Source of the DNA: an uncultured Ruminococcus sp.
GTDB lineage: Bacteria; Bacillota; Clostridia; Oscillospirales; Ruminococcaceae
Direction of reading: 5' to 3'
Length of the DNA: 64,000 nt
Assembly: GCA_937920725.1 (NCBI GenBank)
Contig: CALEUW010000018.1
Span: 123,447 to 187,446 of the forward strand
Part shown: one piece after another, positions 10,451 to 21,188 of the stretch
Numbering within the stretch: the first letter of the stretch is position 1
Layout of the letters: the number at the start of each line of letters is the position of its first letter
The notes under the pieces: generated by a model
Database searches by the model: none
What the model was told of the DNA's origin: nothing
Seen by the model: the letters and a program-made list of their open reading frames with translations, nothing else
Position numbers and translations under genes: made by a program

Positions 10451-11656
10451 ATGAAATATGGAATAGTTGCAATCGGTTATAATCGACTGAAGGGACTGGA
10501 AAGACTTCTCAATCAGTTAAACTGTTGCTTTTACGATGAACCAATTGACCTAATAATAAGTCTTGACTGTAGTGAAAATAATAAACTTCATGATTTTGTT
10601 TATTCGTTTAGATGGCCGTATGGTGAAAAAAAAGTAATTATTCATTCGCATAGGTTAGGCTTAAAGGAGCATGTTTTATCCTGTGGTGATTTGCTTAATA
10701 AGTATAGTTTGGATGCAATTGCAGTATTTGAAGATGATGTTTTTCCAGGATATGAGTTTTTTCGGTTTATGAAGCAAGCGGTTGAGTATTATAAAGATGA
10801 TGATAATATTGCCGGAATATCTTTATATCAACATAGAATTTGTGCTAGTGCTCAACTTCCGTTTACACCGCAAAACAGCGAATATGATGTCTACTTTATG
10901 AAGATAGCACAGTCTTGGGGACAGGTATGGACAAAAAAACAATGGATCAGTTTTAAAAGTTGGTATGATGTGAATTCTGCTTTGTGGAACAGCAGTGATT
11001 ATGTTCCGGATAATGTTGCACAGTGGCCCAAGTCTTCTTGGCTTAAATATTATTGGAGGTATTGCGGAGAAACAAACAAATATTTTGTATATCCATATCA
11101 GGCGCTGGTAACATGTTTTGCCGAGGCAGGAGAACATACCATTCGTTCCTCATCTATGTTGCAGGTACCTTTAGTAACCTCGTGGGAAAGAGAATATCAT
11201 TTTGCAGATTTGGATTCGGAAAAAGCAGTAAGATATGATGCCTTTTGGGAAAATGAGGCAGCAGCAGTTTGGTGTGCAAAGAGATGTGCAATTAGTAAAG
11301 ATGATATTTCAATTGATATATACGGAGCTAATAGAAACAGAATGCATAAAAGATATTGGCTTACGCAGAGAAAGGAAAATTATAAAATCATTGCTTCTTA
11401 TGCATTAGAATTAAGGCCTCATGAAATGAATGTATTATTAGGTGTTGAAGGAAATGACATATTGCTATATGACACACAGCAATATGTCAATAATGCACAT
11501 AGCAAGAAATTACGCTATGTGGATTTTATAGAATATTATTTGACGCATATGTTTGGGAAAAAAACAATAAACAAGTTAGTAACAAGTTCATATGTACGTT
11601 CTGTTCAAGATAGAATTAAGACTATTATTTTCAAAATGAGAAAGCGAGGGAGATAA
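10451..11656 (+). CDS. putative glycosyltransferase (GT-A-like, DxD motif)
   Basis: GIVAIGYNRLKGLERLLNQL... and FEDDVFP (DxD-like). RBS AAGGAG. Confidence 0.45.
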   Translation: MKYGIVAIGYNRLKGLERLLNQLNCCFYDEPIDLIISLDCSENNKLHDFVYSFRWPYGEKKVIIHSHRLGLKEHVLSCGDLLNKYSLDAIAVFEDDVFPGYEFFRFMKQAVEYYKDDDNIAGISLYQHRICASAQLPFTPQNSEYDVYFMKIAQSWGQVWTKKQWISFKSWYDVNSALWNSSDYVPDNVAQWPKSSWLKYYWRYCGETNKYFVYPYQALVTCFAEAGEHTIRSSSMLQVPLVTSWEREYHFADLDSEKAVRYDAFWENEAAAVWCAKRCAISKDDISIDIYGANRNRMHKRYWLTQRKENYKIIASYALELRPHEMNVLLGVEGNDILLYDTQQYVNNAHSKKLRYVDFIEYYLTHMFGKKTINKLVTSSYVRSVQDRIKTIIFKMRKRGR

Positions 11657-12520
11657 ATGTCACTTGTCAGCAGAAAATTCAAGTGGTATAGGAATAAAGC
11701 GGTTACTTTGTTTTATCAATTGTATTCCCCTAAGTCAGGCACAATAAGTTCAAATAATACTCCCAGAATTATCGTTACAATGACAAGTTTTACAAAAAGG
11801 TTGGATACACTCTACCTTTGCGTAAAAAGTCTTCTGAATCAAAAAAGAAAACCGGATAAGGTGATTTTATATTTGGGGAAAGATGTTGCGGATAAGATAA
11901 TTCCGGATAATTTGCGAAAATTGGAGAAATTCGGATTAGAAATAAAGACGGGATATGATGATATTAAACCCCATAAAAAATACTATTATGCAATGCAGGA
12001 GTATCCGGAAGACATAATTATTACGGTGGATGATGATGTTATATATCATCGAGATCTTGTTTATGGGCTTATGGAAGCACATCAGTATCATCCGGATGCA
12101 GTCATTTGCAGGCGAGCAAGGAAAGTCCTATATGATGACGAAGGACATCTTCTACCATATAATAGTTGGCCGAAAATAGATAATAATGAAGGACCGGCAT
12201 TTGATATATTGCCGACAGGAGTAGGAGGAGTTTTATATCCGCCGCATTGTCTGCATGAAGATGTGTTTGATAAAGACACTCTGACAGATATTTGCTTAAA
12301 AGCAGATGACATATGGCTTAAATATATGGAAGTGCGAAAGGGAACAAAAGTAGTATTTACGAGGGCTAAGCATGGTGATCCGGGGATAATTCCAAAAACA
12401 TTTTCTTCGGGCTTGTATAACGAAAATGTAAATGAAAACCAAAATGATTTGTATCTGAAAAAAATGTGTGAAAGGTATCATATTGATATTACCGGAAAAG
12501 TGATAAATCAAAGTCCATAA
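11657..12520 (+). CDS. putative capsule/EPS glycosyltransferase (SFxKR...LLNQ...KPDK-type)
   Basis: ...RIIVTMTSFTKRLDTLYLCVKSLLNQKRKPDKVILYL...ITVDDDVIY..., a pattern seen in capsular polysaccharide synthesis proteins. Confidence 0.4.
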   Translation: MSLVSRKFKWYRNKAVTLFYQLYSPKSGTISSNNTPRIIVTMTSFTKRLDTLYLCVKSLLNQKRKPDKVILYLGKDVADKIIPDNLRKLEKFGLEIKTGYDDIKPHKKYYYAMQEYPEDIIITVDDDVIYHRDLVYGLMEAHQYHPDAVICRRARKVLYDDEGHLLPYNSWPKIDNNEGPAFDILPTGVGGVLYPPHCLHEDVFDKDTLTDICLKADDIWLKYMEVRKGTKVVFTRAKHGDPGIIPKTFSSGLYNENVNENQNDLYLKKMCERYHIDITGKVINQSP

Positions 12521-12574
12521 GAGCAATAAAATATTCATTCTTCTATAATTAAATTTTATATAAGGGATGTAAAA

Positions 12575-13159
12575 ATGAATATAAAAAGAATAATATTAAA
12601 AATAAAAAGATTTCCTTCAAAATTAGTTAATAGAGTCATACTGAAAATCAGAAGAATTCAATACGGTGCAAATTTTGTCGCCTACGGTACACTTTTTATT
12701 AGAGGTACAGGTAAGATTTTGATAGGAGATAATGTGACTATCATATCCTGCCGTGAAACAAATCCTATAGGCGGTGACACAAAAACCATTTTACATGCAC
12801 ATGAAAATGGTTTGATTTCTATTGGAAATAATGCTGGCATGTCTAACGTGACAATAGTTTCACGAAATTTAGTTACTATTGAGGATGATGTATTTATTGG
12901 TGGAAGCTGTAAAATATACGATAATGATTTTCATCCATTAAACTACGAACAGCGTATTTCTACCCCTAATGACAGTATTGCTTCAAAGCCTATCACAATT
13001 AAAAGGGGAGCTTTTATAGGTGCACATTCTATTATTTTGAAGGGTGTCACGATTGGAGAGAAGAGTATTATCGGTGCAGGCTCAGTTGTAACAAAGTCCG
13101 TTCCGGATGGCGAAATTTGGGGAGGAAACCCAGCCAGATTTATCAAAAAAATAAATTAA
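12575..13159 (+). CDS. hexapeptide-repeat O-acetyltransferase (maltose/galactoside acetyltransferase-like)
   Basis: Left-handed beta-helix repeats: ...[15 protein letters not shown]...[43 protein letters not shown]. Confidence 0.8.
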   Translation: MNIKRIILKIKRFPSKLVNRVILKIRRIQYGANFVAYGTLFIRGTGKILIGDNVTIISCRETNPIGGDTKTILHAHENGLISIGNNAGMSNVTIVSRNLVTIEDDVFIGGSCKIYDNDFHPLNYEQRISTPNDSIASKPITIKRGAFIGAHSIILKGVTIGEKSIIGAGSVVTKSVPDGEIWGGNPARFIKKIN

Positions 13160-13184
13160 TTACTCTATAAGTGAGGAAAGAAGT

Positions 13185-13826
13185 ATGCTAGTTAAAAAGG
13201 GACGATTTGCACGGTATGATAAAAAGTGTCAATTTGAAGGAAATAATTATATCGGTAAGCTTGGATGTGCTAAAGAGAGTTTTTTCGGGAGATTTTCTTA
13301 CATAGGTGATTACAGTTATGCAAACAAAATGCATATAGGACGATTTACCAGCATAGCTTCCAGATTGGATATTATTGCGGGGGAGCATCCGTCAAGGGAT
13401 TTTGTTTCAACTAATCCAGCTTTTTTCAAACTGGATATTTTTTTGGGAAAATCTTTTGTATATAAACGAAAGTGTAGTGATTACAAATTTGTCATCGTTG
13501 ATGGGAAAGAGTATTTTTGTTCCGTTGGAAATGATGTATGGATTGGATCAAATGTGAAAATATTGAATGGGGTAAAGATAGGAGACGGTGCAATTATTGC
13601 TGCGGGTGCAGTTGTTGTTAAAGATGTACCATCGTATGCAGTAGTCGGGGGCGTACCGGCAAAAATTATTCGTTTTCGTTTTTCAGAAGATCAGATAGCT
13701 TTTTTAGAGAAATTAAAATGGTGGGAAAAGGATGACCAATGGCTCGAAAGTCATGCGGATAAATTTGAAAATATAGAGGAATTGATGAAGACAGTGACCA
13801 AGGAAGAAGAACTGGCTAAAGATTAG
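13185..13826 (+). CDS. hexapeptide-repeat acetyltransferase (xenobiotic/CatB-Vat-like)
   Basis: ...[49 protein letters not shown]...LKWWE... Confidence 0.75.
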   Translation: MLVKKGRFARYDKKCQFEGNNYIGKLGCAKESFFGRFSYIGDYSYANKMHIGRFTSIASRLDIIAGEHPSRDFVSTNPAFFKLDIFLGKSFVYKRKCSDYKFVIVDGKEYFCSVGNDVWIGSNVKILNGVKIGDGAIIAAGAVVVKDVPSYAVVGGVPAKIIRFRFSEDQIAFLEKLKWWEKDDQWLESHADKFENIEELMKTVTKEEELAKD

Positions 13827-13835
13827 GAGCGGCTC

Positions 13836-14918
13836 GTGTTGAATAAGAATGTAAATATGAAAACAGGAATATTAACATTTCATAATGCAAATAATTATGG
13901 AGCAGTTTTGCAGGCATATGCACTGCAGGAAGCTGTTAAAAAAATTTGTCCGGAAGTATCAATTATTGATTATCGATGTAGGGCAATTGAAATGAGATAC
14001 TTTCCGCCAAACCTGCATGAAGGATCGCTGAAACATAGGCTGAGAAGATGTGTTGAATATGGATTTCAAAAAATAAAGTATAAAAAATTTGATATATTCC
14101 GTAAAAACTTTTTTAATTTGGATAAGAAAGAGTTATTGGATAATGATTACTATGACATAATTATCGTTGGCAGTGATCAGGTTTGGAATTATAAATTAAC
14201 AGATTGTGATTGGACGTTCTTCTTAAAGCCTGTAATAAATTCGGTTCAAAAATGTGCATACGCACCAAGTTTTGGACTTTCTAATATTGAACCTATATTA
14301 GAAGAAGAGATTGCGTCTTGTCTTAATAATTTTAAACAGTTGTCCGTACGAGAGGAAACGGGAAGGACCCTTATCAGCAGATTAACTGGGAAAGATGTGC
14401 CGGTTGTAGTAGATCCTACATTATTGTTATCTAAGACTGAATGGATTACAAAAATGCAAATCAAAAAGAAAAGAGAAGAATACATTTTGGTTTATTTGTT
14501 TGGTGTGATTAAAGAAGCAACGGACTATATACACTGGCTGTCAGAGAAAACAAAATTGCCGATAATCGTTATTGACAGCTCATTAAAAAAGGTTATAAAA
14601 GGCAAATATGTCCGTTTTGCTTCACCGAAGAAATGGGTGGAATTATTTGCAAATGCTAAATATGTAGTTACTAATTCCTTTCACGGGCTGATGTTTTCAA
14701 TTATATTTGAAAAAGAGTTTTATATAGCGCCTCTTCAAAAAGAAGTAAAAACAGGTTCAAGAATAGATGACAGTTTGGAGCGTTTAGGTTTGGAGAACAG
14801 AAAGATCAATGGATTCATGATAAAAGAGGATATTGATTATGAAAAGGTGCACGAGCGATTGGAGGAGATGATAAGTCATTCTATGACGTATTTATTGAAT
14901 TCAATGGAGGAAATATAG
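13836..14918 (+). CDS. polysaccharide pyruvyl transferase family protein
   Basis: MKTGILTFHNANNYGAVLQAYALQ...IIIVGSDQVWN... GTG start 13836 sits 6 nt after AGGAG; ATG 13857 is an alternative. Confidence 0.8.
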   Translation: MLNKNVNMKTGILTFHNANNYGAVLQAYALQEAVKKICPEVSIIDYRCRAIEMRYFPPNLHEGSLKHRLRRCVEYGFQKIKYKKFDIFRKNFFNLDKKELLDNDYYDIIIVGSDQVWNYKLTDCDWTFFLKPVINSVQKCAYAPSFGLSNIEPILEEEIASCLNNFKQLSVREETGRTLISRLTGKDVPVVVDPTLLLSKTEWITKMQIKKKREEYILVYLFGVIKEATDYIHWLSEKTKLPIIVIDSSLKKVIKGKYVRFASPKKWVELFANAKYVVTNSFHGLMFSIIFEKEFYIAPLQKEVKTGSRIDDSLERLGLENRKINGFMIKEDIDYEKVHERLEEMISHSMTYLLNSMEEI

Positions 14919-14921
14919 CGT

Positions 14922-16145
14922 ATGTGGAATATTCGTATAAAAAAACACGAGATTATTTTATACATAATTTTAGCTCTTTCTGTTTTAGATATTATACCTG
15001 TTTCTTTTGGAAATTCCTTGCGATACAAACTTATGTTATGTTTGGGACTTGTTCTTTACCTTTATTGCGCAACCGTTGCTTTTAGACGCAGCACGCCGGT
15101 TATAATAAAGGTCGCATATGTAGTGTGTGTCATCAATGCGTTTTCAATTTTAAGTTCGGCAGATAACATATATAATTACATCTATATGTTAATGGAGGCC
15201 GTTCTCTGGATGTTGGTTATGATTGCGGTCTATGGATTGGTAGCAAAATGCAGTAAGCCGCAGGAAATGGGAAGTAATATATATTATTGTATAGGAATTA
15301 TATTTTTGATATGCGGTTTATTGTGTTTTAGACCTAGCCTTATGTCATCTTACAGAGAATGGGTAAGTATGCTATATAAACTGTATTATCCGCTTTGCTT
15401 GCTGCCACTGGTATTGATTACGAAAAAAAGATTTTATCTCTTTAATGGCTATGTTAAATACTCCAAAGTATTCGTAATTTTAATAGTGGGAGTACTGATT
15501 CTGTTGTCATCAAAAAGAGGGGGATTTATCGCCCTTGTTTGTGGAATTGCAATATATTATAGCATAATTATATCTATCACTCCGCAGAGAAGTAAAAGAC
15601 TGACTTATATCAGAAATGTCACAATGATTTTTGCATTGGCGTTAATTGTTTTGATTGTGCTTGAACAGTCCGGAGAATTTGAGATTTTCAATCGTTTGTC
15701 AAGTATTGGCTGGAATGCTGAAGGAACTTCAGGCAGAACTGAGATTTGGAAAGAGTTATTATCTGTATATGATAATGGAACTATAATTCAAAAGTTATTT
15801 GGATTTGGACATAATGCAACGTATAATTATACTACAATTTCTGTTGCCGGTCATAATGATTATATTAACAATTTATTTAATTATGGACTGATTTCTGTTT
15901 CGTTACAGATCGTTATTATTCTTGGCTTGATATTTCGTTGTTTTCGGATGGTAAAAATGAAGAACACAATGGCTCCTGCATTTGGGTGTTCGTTGGCGAT
16001 CTTTTTTGTACTTTCCATGGTTAGTATTTGCATTTCAACATCTGAAATCAGTTTGTATCTGGGATATATCTGGGGACTGGTTTTAGGAAATTCTAACAAA
16101 GAACAGGAGCAGTTGACAGGTCAAAAAAATATTTTGTTAGTTTAA
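14922..16145 (+). CDS. Wzy-like polysaccharide polymerase (O-antigen ligase domain membrane protein)
   Basis: About 10 predicted TM segments with a large loop, typical of Wzy. No strong sequence motifs. Confidence 0.5.
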   Translation: MWNIRIKKHEIILYIILALSVLDIIPVSFGNSLRYKLMLCLGLVLYLYCATVAFRRSTPVIIKVAYVVCVINAFSILSSADNIYNYIYMLMEAVLWMLVMIAVYGLVAKCSKPQEMGSNIYYCIGIIFLICGLLCFRPSLMSSYREWVSMLYKLYYPLCLLPLVLITKKRFYLFNGYVKYSKVFVILIVGVLILLSSKRGGFIALVCGIAIYYSIIISITPQRSKRLTYIRNVTMIFALALIVLIVLEQSGEFEIFNRLSSIGWNAEGTSGRTEIWKELLSVYDNGTIIQKLFGFGHNATYNYTTISVAGHNDYINNLFNYGLISVSLQIVIILGLIFRCFRMVKMKNTMAPAFGCSLAIFFVLSMVSICISTSEISLYLGYIWGLVLGNSNKEQEQLTGQKNILLV

Positions 16146-16171
16146 ATACGGACAGTGAGGACACAGATGTT

Positions 16172-17677
16172 ATGAAAGGAAAGGCTAAAAAAGCAACTGT
16201 TAATATACTTACAGGAATGGGCAGTCAGCTTGTATTAATCATAATGGGAATTATTATTCCCAGGTTGGTTTTAACACATTTTGGTTCAGATGTTAATGGA
16301 GTGCTGTCGACAATCAGTCAGGTTTTTGTGTATGTTGGGTTACTGGAAGCAGGAATCGGACAGGCAACGAGAAATGCGCTATTTCAACCTCTTACAGAGA
16401 ATGATAAGAATTCTTTGTTGCGAGTGATGACTACTTCAAAAAAATATTTTCAGAAAGTCACATCGATTTATATTCTGATCGTAATTGCGATAGCTATTTT
16501 TCTGCCATTTGTGCTTAATACGGGAATGGAAAAAAAAATAGTTTTCTTTATCGTGATTTTAGAGGGATTTTCTAATGCACTTCCGTTTTATTTTACAGAA
16601 ACAGAAAAGCAGTTAATTAATGTTGAAGGTAAGTATTATGTTATAAGCAACATCAACTTAATAATAAGGATGATGATGTATGGCATAAAAATCGTTCTGA
16701 TTATTTTAGGAATGGATATTGTACTCATCCAATTTGGATATTTTATAGTATCTTTATTTCAAGTGTTTCTATATAAATGTTATTTCAAAAGATGTTATGG
16801 ATGGGTCACTTATAAATCAGAGGTGGATGAGAGTTTACTACAAGATCGTAATGGTTATATGGCTTCGGAGTTTGCGTGGACAGTATTTTCTTCAACAGAT
16901 ATGATTGTGCTGTCAATGTTTGCAAGTACTAGTTTAGCAAGCGTATATTCTGTTTATAATATGGTGTTTTCTTATTTGTGCGCTTTTATGGAAGCTGTTT
17001 ATGGAGGGCTTACATTTTTGCTTGGTCAATCTTTTCATGAAAACAAACAAAAGTACATAAAGATTCATGATACTATGGAGCTAGCGATTACTACTATAAT
17101 TTGTGCGGCTATGTCAATTTGTTGTTTCCTTATTATTCCATTTGTACGACTGTATACGAGAGGAGTAACTGATGTTGAATATATTATTCCTTCGATTCCG
17201 ATTTTGTTTGGACTGATTCAGATTTTATCTTGGGCGAGGAAAGTGTGCGGCAATTTGACAGCATTAGCGGGTTATGCAAAACAGGTAGGTAAGATTTCTC
17301 TGATAGAAGCATTTTTAAATATAATATTGTCTATTGTTCTTGTGAATTTCATGGGAATATACGGAGTATTGTTGGCAACGGTGGTAACATTACTTTTTAA
17401 AACAATATACTTGTATATCAAAGCAAACAGAAATATATTAAAGCGAAGTTTGTTACCATCTATGAAAAATCTGGTAGTAAATGTTAGCTGCTTTTTAATA
17501 TGTATTTTTATTTCAAATAAAGTTGATTTGAAAATAGACACTTATTCAAAGTTTTTCATGTGTGCATTATTGATTAGTATAATTATTATAATTGTTTTTG
17601 GAGTCATAAATATCATTACAAATTATAGGCTAATTCATGAACAGTTACGAAAATTGTGCGATAGGCGTAGAAGCTAG
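16172..17677 (+). CDS. Wzx-type oligosaccharide flippase (polysaccharide biosynthesis protein, MOP superfamily)
   Basis: About 500-aa polytopic protein. The N-terminus (...ILTGMGSQLVLIIMGIIIPRLVLTHFG...VGLLEAGIGQATRN...) is typical of Wzx. Confidence 0.8.
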   Translation: MKGKAKKATVNILTGMGSQLVLIIMGIIIPRLVLTHFGSDVNGVLSTISQVFVYVGLLEAGIGQATRNALFQPLTENDKNSLLRVMTTSKKYFQKVTSIYILIVIAIAIFLPFVLNTGMEKKIVFFIVILEGFSNALPFYFTETEKQLINVEGKYYVISNINLIIRMMMYGIKIVLIILGMDIVLIQFGYFIVSLFQVFLYKCYFKRCYGWVTYKSEVDESLLQDRNGYMASEFAWTVFSSTDMIVLSMFASTSLASVYSVYNMVFSYLCAFMEAVYGGLTFLLGQSFHENKQKYIKIHDTMELAITTIICAAMSICCFLIIPFVRLYTRGVTDVEYIIPSIPILFGLIQILSWARKVCGNLTALAGYAKQVGKISLIEAFLNIILSIVLVNFMGIYGVLLATVVTLLFKTIYLYIKANRNILKRSLLPSMKNLVVNVSCFLICIFISNKVDLKIDTYSKFFMCALLISIIIIIVFGVINIITNYRLIHEQLRKLCDRRRS

Positions 17678-17693
17678 TATACAGGGGCAGATC

Positions 17694-18917
17694 ATGACAG
17701 AAAATAAGATTTTTAGAGAAAAACGAGTTTTTTCAGTTGTATTTGTATTGGTTATAGGATTAACTTTTCTTGACAGTTATTATCAGACAGGAAGTCTTAA
17801 AGTAGTTTCGATTGTAGCTGTATTTCTGGCTTGTTGGAAAATAGCAAGAGGTATGGGATCTGACAAGCTAAGAAAACAATTATTGATTTTCATATTACCG
17901 ATTATTTTCTTAATGTTAGTAACAGTTTTGCTGTTTGTATTTTCAGGGAATAAAAGTGGACTGGCATCGTTATTATATGGTGAGAAGAAGCTGCTTTATC
18001 AGTTAATAAGTATATTGGTAGCATGTGCGGCAGTGTTGCTTTTTGGTAAGAGAGCTGTTGTTTTAACTGTTTATGGTATATGCCTTGCAGGAGTAACAAT
18101 TCTGCTGATTTCGTTAAGTAAGTATGGAGTTTCTGCTTCAGCAAGAGCATGTTTGGATCTTATAAATACTTACTTTACCGGAAATCCATCAGTGCATGAT
18201 TTTACGGCTTCCATGGAAATGCATGATTTTACTTTTTCTTTGGGCATGATTTTGATTTACCTATTATTTTACAGAAAGATCGGAATACGTTGCTATGCAG
18301 TTTGGATTTTATTGCTAAGTGTTCTTTTTCTGCTGGGATATTGTAGGATCGCTTTTTTAGCTGTGTTTGCCGGAATTATATTTGAGATTTTAGGAATATT
18401 GTTTAAACGAAAAACAGAAAAGTTTAAGATATTCGGAATCTATGCTGCTTTAGTATTGCTCGGTATTTGTTGTATTATCTTCTTGTGGATTATTTATAAT
18501 GGTGAGTTGAAAACAATTTTTCAAAATACTGATATGACGATTAATGGAAGGGAAATGTGGTTTGCCGAGATAGAAAAAGTTCCATTTGACATAGGCTATG
18601 TGGGAAGTGGCATAGGGTATACATGGAATTTATTTGGAATGGAAATTCATAATGATATTTTACGTCAGTATATTGATTTAGGAGGAGTAGTATTTCTTTT
18701 TTGGCTTTTCGTGCAATTAGTATTGATACCATTTTGCTTGAAAAGATGGATATCATTCAAGTCATTAAAGATATATTGTACTTTTACGATTTTTTTATTT
18801 GTCACTTATTTTACCGATAATTCAATGTTTTATTTTAATTCGATGTATGTATATTATATGCTTTGCATGCAGGGTTGTGTGGATAGTGACAATGAAAATG
18901 GTGAAATAATATGTTAA
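17694..18917 (+). CDS. polytopic membrane protein, possible second polymerase/O-antigen-ligase-like
   Basis: Multi-TM hydrophobic protein with no recognisable soluble domain. ATG 17694 is the first start after the wzx stop. Confidence 0.4.
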   Translation: MTENKIFREKRVFSVVFVLVIGLTFLDSYYQTGSLKVVSIVAVFLACWKIARGMGSDKLRKQLLIFILPIIFLMLVTVLLFVFSGNKSGLASLLYGEKKLLYQLISILVACAAVLLFGKRAVVLTVYGICLAGVTILLISLSKYGVSASARACLDLINTYFTGNPSVHDFTASMEMHDFTFSLGMILIYLLFYRKIGIRCYAVWILLLSVLFLLGYCRIAFLAVFAGIIFEILGILFKRKTEKFKIFGIYAALVLLGICCIIFLWIIYNGELKTIFQNTDMTINGREMWFAEIEKVPFDIGYVGSGIGYTWNLFGMEIHNDILRQYIDLGGVVFLFWLFVQLVLIPFCLKRWISFKSLKIYCTFTIFLFVTYFTDNSMFYFNSMYVYYMLCMQGCVDSDNENGEIIC

Positions 18918-19008
18918 TCAAAAGACAAGTTCAAGATTATTGTGCTGATTAAAGTTATTAAGAAAAAACAAAAAACATATGATCAATTATAGCAATGGAG
19001 GTAGCACT

Positions 19009-20019
19009 ATGGAAGAGAAATTTGTTCGCTTTTCCGGATTTGATATATTAAAATTCTTATGTGCATTCTTGGTTGTATGCATTCACTGCCCGTTTCCGGG
19101 AATTGTTGGTCAGTATTTCACAGCATTGGCTAGAATTGCTGTTCCTATTTTTTTTATGATTACGGGATTTTTTTATTTGGACATAGTAAATAAACACAGG
19201 CAAGGACAACAGATTAAGAAAATTTTCATATATTTTGCATTAGCAAACTTTTTTTATTTGGTATGGAAATTACTTTTAGCGGTGGTTTCCGGCACGGGAA
19301 TTTCTGCTTGGTTTGTTCAAACTTTTTCTGTAAAAAATATTATAAATTTTATAGTTTTTAACGAGTCACCGTTTAATGGCCATCTCTGGTATTTGGGAGC
19401 GCTTCTGTATGTACTTTTGATTATGGTAGTTGTTTACAGATCTAGATTAAATAAAATCTTTTGTGCGATTACGCCGCTTTTGTTACTGGGTGATCTCATT
19501 TTCGGAAAATATTCTTTATTTGTATTACACAGAGAGTTCCCGTATATTGTTGTTAGAAATTTCTTTTTTGTTGGACTGCCGTACTTTTGCATTGGTATGA
19601 TGCTCCGAAAATACAAAGGTATCGTTAAAACCAAGACTTTTCTTTTGCTTTCAATTTTATTTTCGTTGACTACGTTATTGGAAAGATATTTATTAGTCAG
19701 TGCAGATTTAAATGCAACAAGGGATCAGTATATCAGTACTACGTTATTATCAATTACGGTGTTTATGTTTTTCAGGGAATTTTATCAGAAACGCAGTTTG
19801 TCAAAAGTCGAACAAGTATTTGCAAAGGTAGGACGTGAGTATTCTGTATGGGTTTATATCATACACCCTGTTTTCATTACAATATTGTCGGTTCTAATGG
19901 GTAAATGCGGACTATATAATGCATATCAATTTATAGCGCCAATTATTGTATATTTCGTGAGTATTGTGTTTGTGTCAGTAATGTGTATAATTATAAAAAA
20001 GATTAAGCAGGCAGTATGA
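19009..20019 (+). CDS. acyltransferase family 3 membrane O-acyltransferase
   Basis: ...FSGFDILKFLCAFLVVCIHCPFP...RIAVPIFFMITGFFY... GGAGG lies 7 nt upstream of ATG 19009. Confidence 0.8.
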   Translation: MEEKFVRFSGFDILKFLCAFLVVCIHCPFPGIVGQYFTALARIAVPIFFMITGFFYLDIVNKHRQGQQIKKIFIYFALANFFYLVWKLLLAVVSGTGISAWFVQTFSVKNIINFIVFNESPFNGHLWYLGALLYVLLIMVVVYRSRLNKIFCAITPLLLLGDLIFGKYSLFVLHREFPYIVVRNFFFVGLPYFCIGMMLRKYKGIVKTKTFLLLSILFSLTTLLERYLLVSADLNATRDQYISTTLLSITVFMFFREFYQKRSLSKVEQVFAKVGREYSVWVYIIHPVFITILSVLMGKCGLYNAYQFIAPIIVYFVSIVFVSVMCIIIKKIKQAV

Positions 20020-20217
20020 TTTAGAAAAGTCAACAACTGCATCGGCACAGGGTCAGCAGTCAGGGAAGGTTATAAAAAGATAGGTTAATTGAATTAAAAT
20101 TAAAAAAAGAAGATATTTCAGAACGTTATACTAGCTGAATGATAATGAGTATTATCTGACTGATTATAATGTTTATATAATTCATGATAATTATTGAAAA
20201 AGGAGGAGGGCCTTGCG

Positions 20218-21174
20218 ATGAAATGGACAGAACCTAAAGTATACGCTGTAAAGCATAAAGATGCAAGAATACGGGCTGAGTCCAGATCTGGCGGCATTTT
20301 TACTGCTTTATCCGATGAAGTTCTCAAGGAAAACGGTGTGGTTTATGGGTGTGTTTTAACAGATACCTTTCAAGCTGTTCATATTAGGGCAGAAGATGTT
20401 CAGACACGGAATTTAATGCGAGGATCAAAGTATATTCAGAGTAAATTAGGAGATACATATAAAAATGTAGAAGCCGATCTCAAGACAGGCCGAAAAGTAC
20501 TGTTTTCAGGTGTATCTTGCCAAGTAGCTGGATTGCGTGGCTTTCTTGGAAAAGAGTATCCTAATCTGTTTTGTATAGATATTGTTTGCCACGGAGTACC
20601 GAGTCCGGAAGTTTGGAAAGAGTATTTAACATGGCAGGAGAAGAAAAAATCCCAAAAAGTTGCAGCTGCAGATTTTCGAAACAAAAAAGACTATGGGTGG
20701 AGAGAAAGCATTGAAACCTTGACAATGGAAGATGGAACGAAGGTTGACAGTAGGGTATTTAGTACTTTATTTTATAGTCATAATATTTTGCGTCCATGTT
20801 GTTTTGAGTGCCCTTATAAAGCGATAATGCATCCCGGTGATATAACCATTGGTGACTACTGGGGAATTGAAAAAGCAGCTCCGGAATTTGATGATAATAA
20901 GGGAGTATCACTTGTTTTGGTTAATAATGATTTGGGTGCAAGTGCATTTGAACAAGTAAAAATGAAACTAGATTTTAAATCTACTCTTATTGAAGACTGT
21001 CTGCAACTTCCATTGAAAGCACCTTGCCAAAGACCTGAAAGCAGAGATCAGTTTTGGACAGATTTTCAAACGTTGGATTTCTCATGTGTTGCTAAAAGAT
21101 ATGGCGGTTATGGTTTTATGAATGTTATGAGAAGAAAATATGGTGCAGTAAAGATGAGATTACTACATCGTTGA
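20218..21174 (+). CDS. coenzyme F420 hydrogenase/dehydrogenase beta subunit-like (FrhB/FdhB N+C domains) protein lacking the usual N-terminal ferredoxin domain
   Basis: ...VYAVKHKDARIRAESRSGGIFTALS...FSGVSCQVAGLRGF...DIVCHGVPSPEVWKEY... This protein type typically accompanies pyruvyl transferases in polysaccharide loci. ATG 20218 follows AAGGAGGAGGG. Confidence 0.7.
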   Translation: MKWTEPKVYAVKHKDARIRAESRSGGIFTALSDEVLKENGVVYGCVLTDTFQAVHIRAEDVQTRNLMRGSKYIQSKLGDTYKNVEADLKTGRKVLFSGVSCQVAGLRGFLGKEYPNLFCIDIVCHGVPSPEVWKEYLTWQEKKKSQKVAAADFRNKKDYGWRESIETLTMEDGTKVDSRVFSTLFYSHNILRPCCFECPYKAIMHPGDITIGDYWGIEKAAPEFDDNKGVSLVLVNNDLGASAFEQVKMKLDFKSTLIEDCLQLPLKAPCQRPESRDQFWTDFQTLDFSCVAKRYGGYGFMNVMRRKYGAVKMRLLHR

Positions 21175-21188
21175 AAGTGAGTGTTTGT

